25,859 bases of DNA from a virus (taxonomy: Duplodnaviria; Caudoviricetes): IMG/VR virus record IMGVR_UViG_3300025168_000582, positions 1-25,859 of that record. One strand, 5' to 3'. Both the position numbers and the translations under genes were made by a program. Positions 25,026-25,859 of this stretch are shown one piece after another. Positions within the stretch are counted from its first letter, which is position 1; every line of letters starts with the position of its first letter. A model generated the notes under the pieces. It did no database searches, had not been told where the DNA came from, and saw nothing but the letters and a program-made list of their open reading frames with translations.

Positions 25026-25406
25026 TTATGTGCGCTCCCTCCAATCAGCCCAAGCTGCCATTTCATCATCATTGTAGTAGTGCCCATCATGGAAGCCACC
25101 ATTCGCCCATACCCACGTGACAAACTCAAGCTTGTGGTTTTGTGCCATGACTACATAATGATGTTCATCATGGAAGTCTGTATCTTTCCACGCCATTATT
25201 GAGACGCCCTTAGCTCTAGCAGTAGTAAACATATTACGTTGAGCCGACATGCTAGCCTCTAGCCATTCCTCATGCTTAAGGCCTTGTGCGTCCAATTGTG
25301 CGTCTCTGTGGATAGCGTCTTCGGCTTCCATGTTCTTAATATCGGCCTTTATACGTGCTAGTTTATCTTGTGCTTCCTTTATACAGTGTGTGTTGAATGT
25401 ATCCAT
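25026..25406 (-). CDS. First early hypothetical protein
   Basis: AAGGA precedes MDTFNTH. Coiled-coil-like N-terminus and an aromatic-rich C-terminal domain. Confidence 0.7.
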   Translation of the reverse strand: MDTFNTHCIKEAQDKLARIKADIKNMEAEDAIHRDAQLDAQGLKHEEWLEASMSAQRNMFTTARAKGVSIMAWKDTDFHDEHHYVVMAQNHKLEFVTWVWANGGFHDGHYYNDDEMAAWADWRERT

Positions 25407-25471
25407 GGTAGTGCTTCCTTTAAGTGTCAATATTTTGACTGTTGTGCTGCTGTTGCGTTGTTGTTGGGTTA

Positions 25472-25499
25472 AGTATACTTGATACTTAAAAACTCACAA
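25472..25499 (-). promoter_or_regulatory. Candidate early sigma70 promoter
   Basis: Minus strand TTGTGA-N16-TATACT upstream of the first early gene. Confidence 0.5.
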
Positions 25500-25725
25500 T
25501 AGACAGAACTAACCAGTCACAATATAAATAAAGTTTGACACAATACCCAAAAGTATGCTATTTACGCGCACACGCCCATAGATAGGCGCTGCAATAGGTG
25601 GCACAAGTATTGCATAAAGCAAGTATCGTGCCAATAACCTAGAATCAACGTAAAAACATTGGGCATATGTTAGCCTAAGTTTTACACTAAACACGCTTAA
25701 AAGAGCATATAGACGCCTTAATGGG

Positions 25726-25768
25726 CCTGTGGATAACTTATGTAACTTATGTACAGGTTATGCACAGG
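25726..25768. promoter_or_regulatory. Cluster of DnaA-box-like motifs
   Basis: tgtggataa at 25728-25736 (TTATCCACA on the - strand), ttatgcaca at 25758-25766, and degenerate ttatgtaca at 25747-25755. Confidence 0.6.
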
Positions 25769-25859
25769 TTACTAATGTCTCCATAGGCACCCACACTGGC
25801 ACACACTTGTCAACATCTGTGACTATTGTTACCTAATTAGTCACAAGTAGACTCCAGGA

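Noticed and set aside
12059-25482. Short plus-strand ORFs inside replication and early genes, and the - ORF at 20996-21178
   Set aside because: They are antisense or out-of-frame shadows of recognised genes.
25535-25564. Perfect TTGACA on the + strand as a rightward promoter
   Set aside because: There is no convincing -10 hexamer at 16-18 nt spacing and no downstream gene in the window.
25509-25694. 61-aa minus-strand ORF in the terminal region
   Set aside because: It has a GTG start, no Shine-Dalgarno, and lies upstream of the candidate early promoter, so it is probably non-coding.
1-25859. tRNA or rRNA genes, or a phage RNA polymerase
   Set aside because: I saw no cloverleaf or T-loop signature in the few intergenic gaps, and no ORF carries single-subunit RNAP motifs.

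Overview
This window looks like part of a lytic, probably marine, podovirus genome with two convergent arms, an arrangement resembling SIO1/Zobellviridae-like phages (inference). The + arm (1-10667) encodes small membrane proteins, a 3TM holin, tail adaptor and nozzle-like proteins, a short tail fibre and four large putative ejection proteins. The - arm (11869-25406) encodes early small genes, SSB, a T7-like primase-helicase, a SleB-like hydrolase, a family A DNA polymerase, HNH, exonuclease, endonuclease I, DUF3310, lysozyme, thioredoxin and class Ia RNR. The arms meet at a bidirectional terminator (11818-11856). The most striking element is an AT-rich gene at 10706-11779 resembling the methanesulfonate monooxygenase alpha subunit (MsmA). 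It keeps the mononuclear-iron site but lacks the whole Rieske [2Fe-2S] motif, and it is flanked by a 34-bp direct repeat that duplicates the left half of the terminator. The non-coding right end carries an early promoter candidate and DnaA-box-like motifs. All family assignments come from motif recognition by eye; no searches were run.
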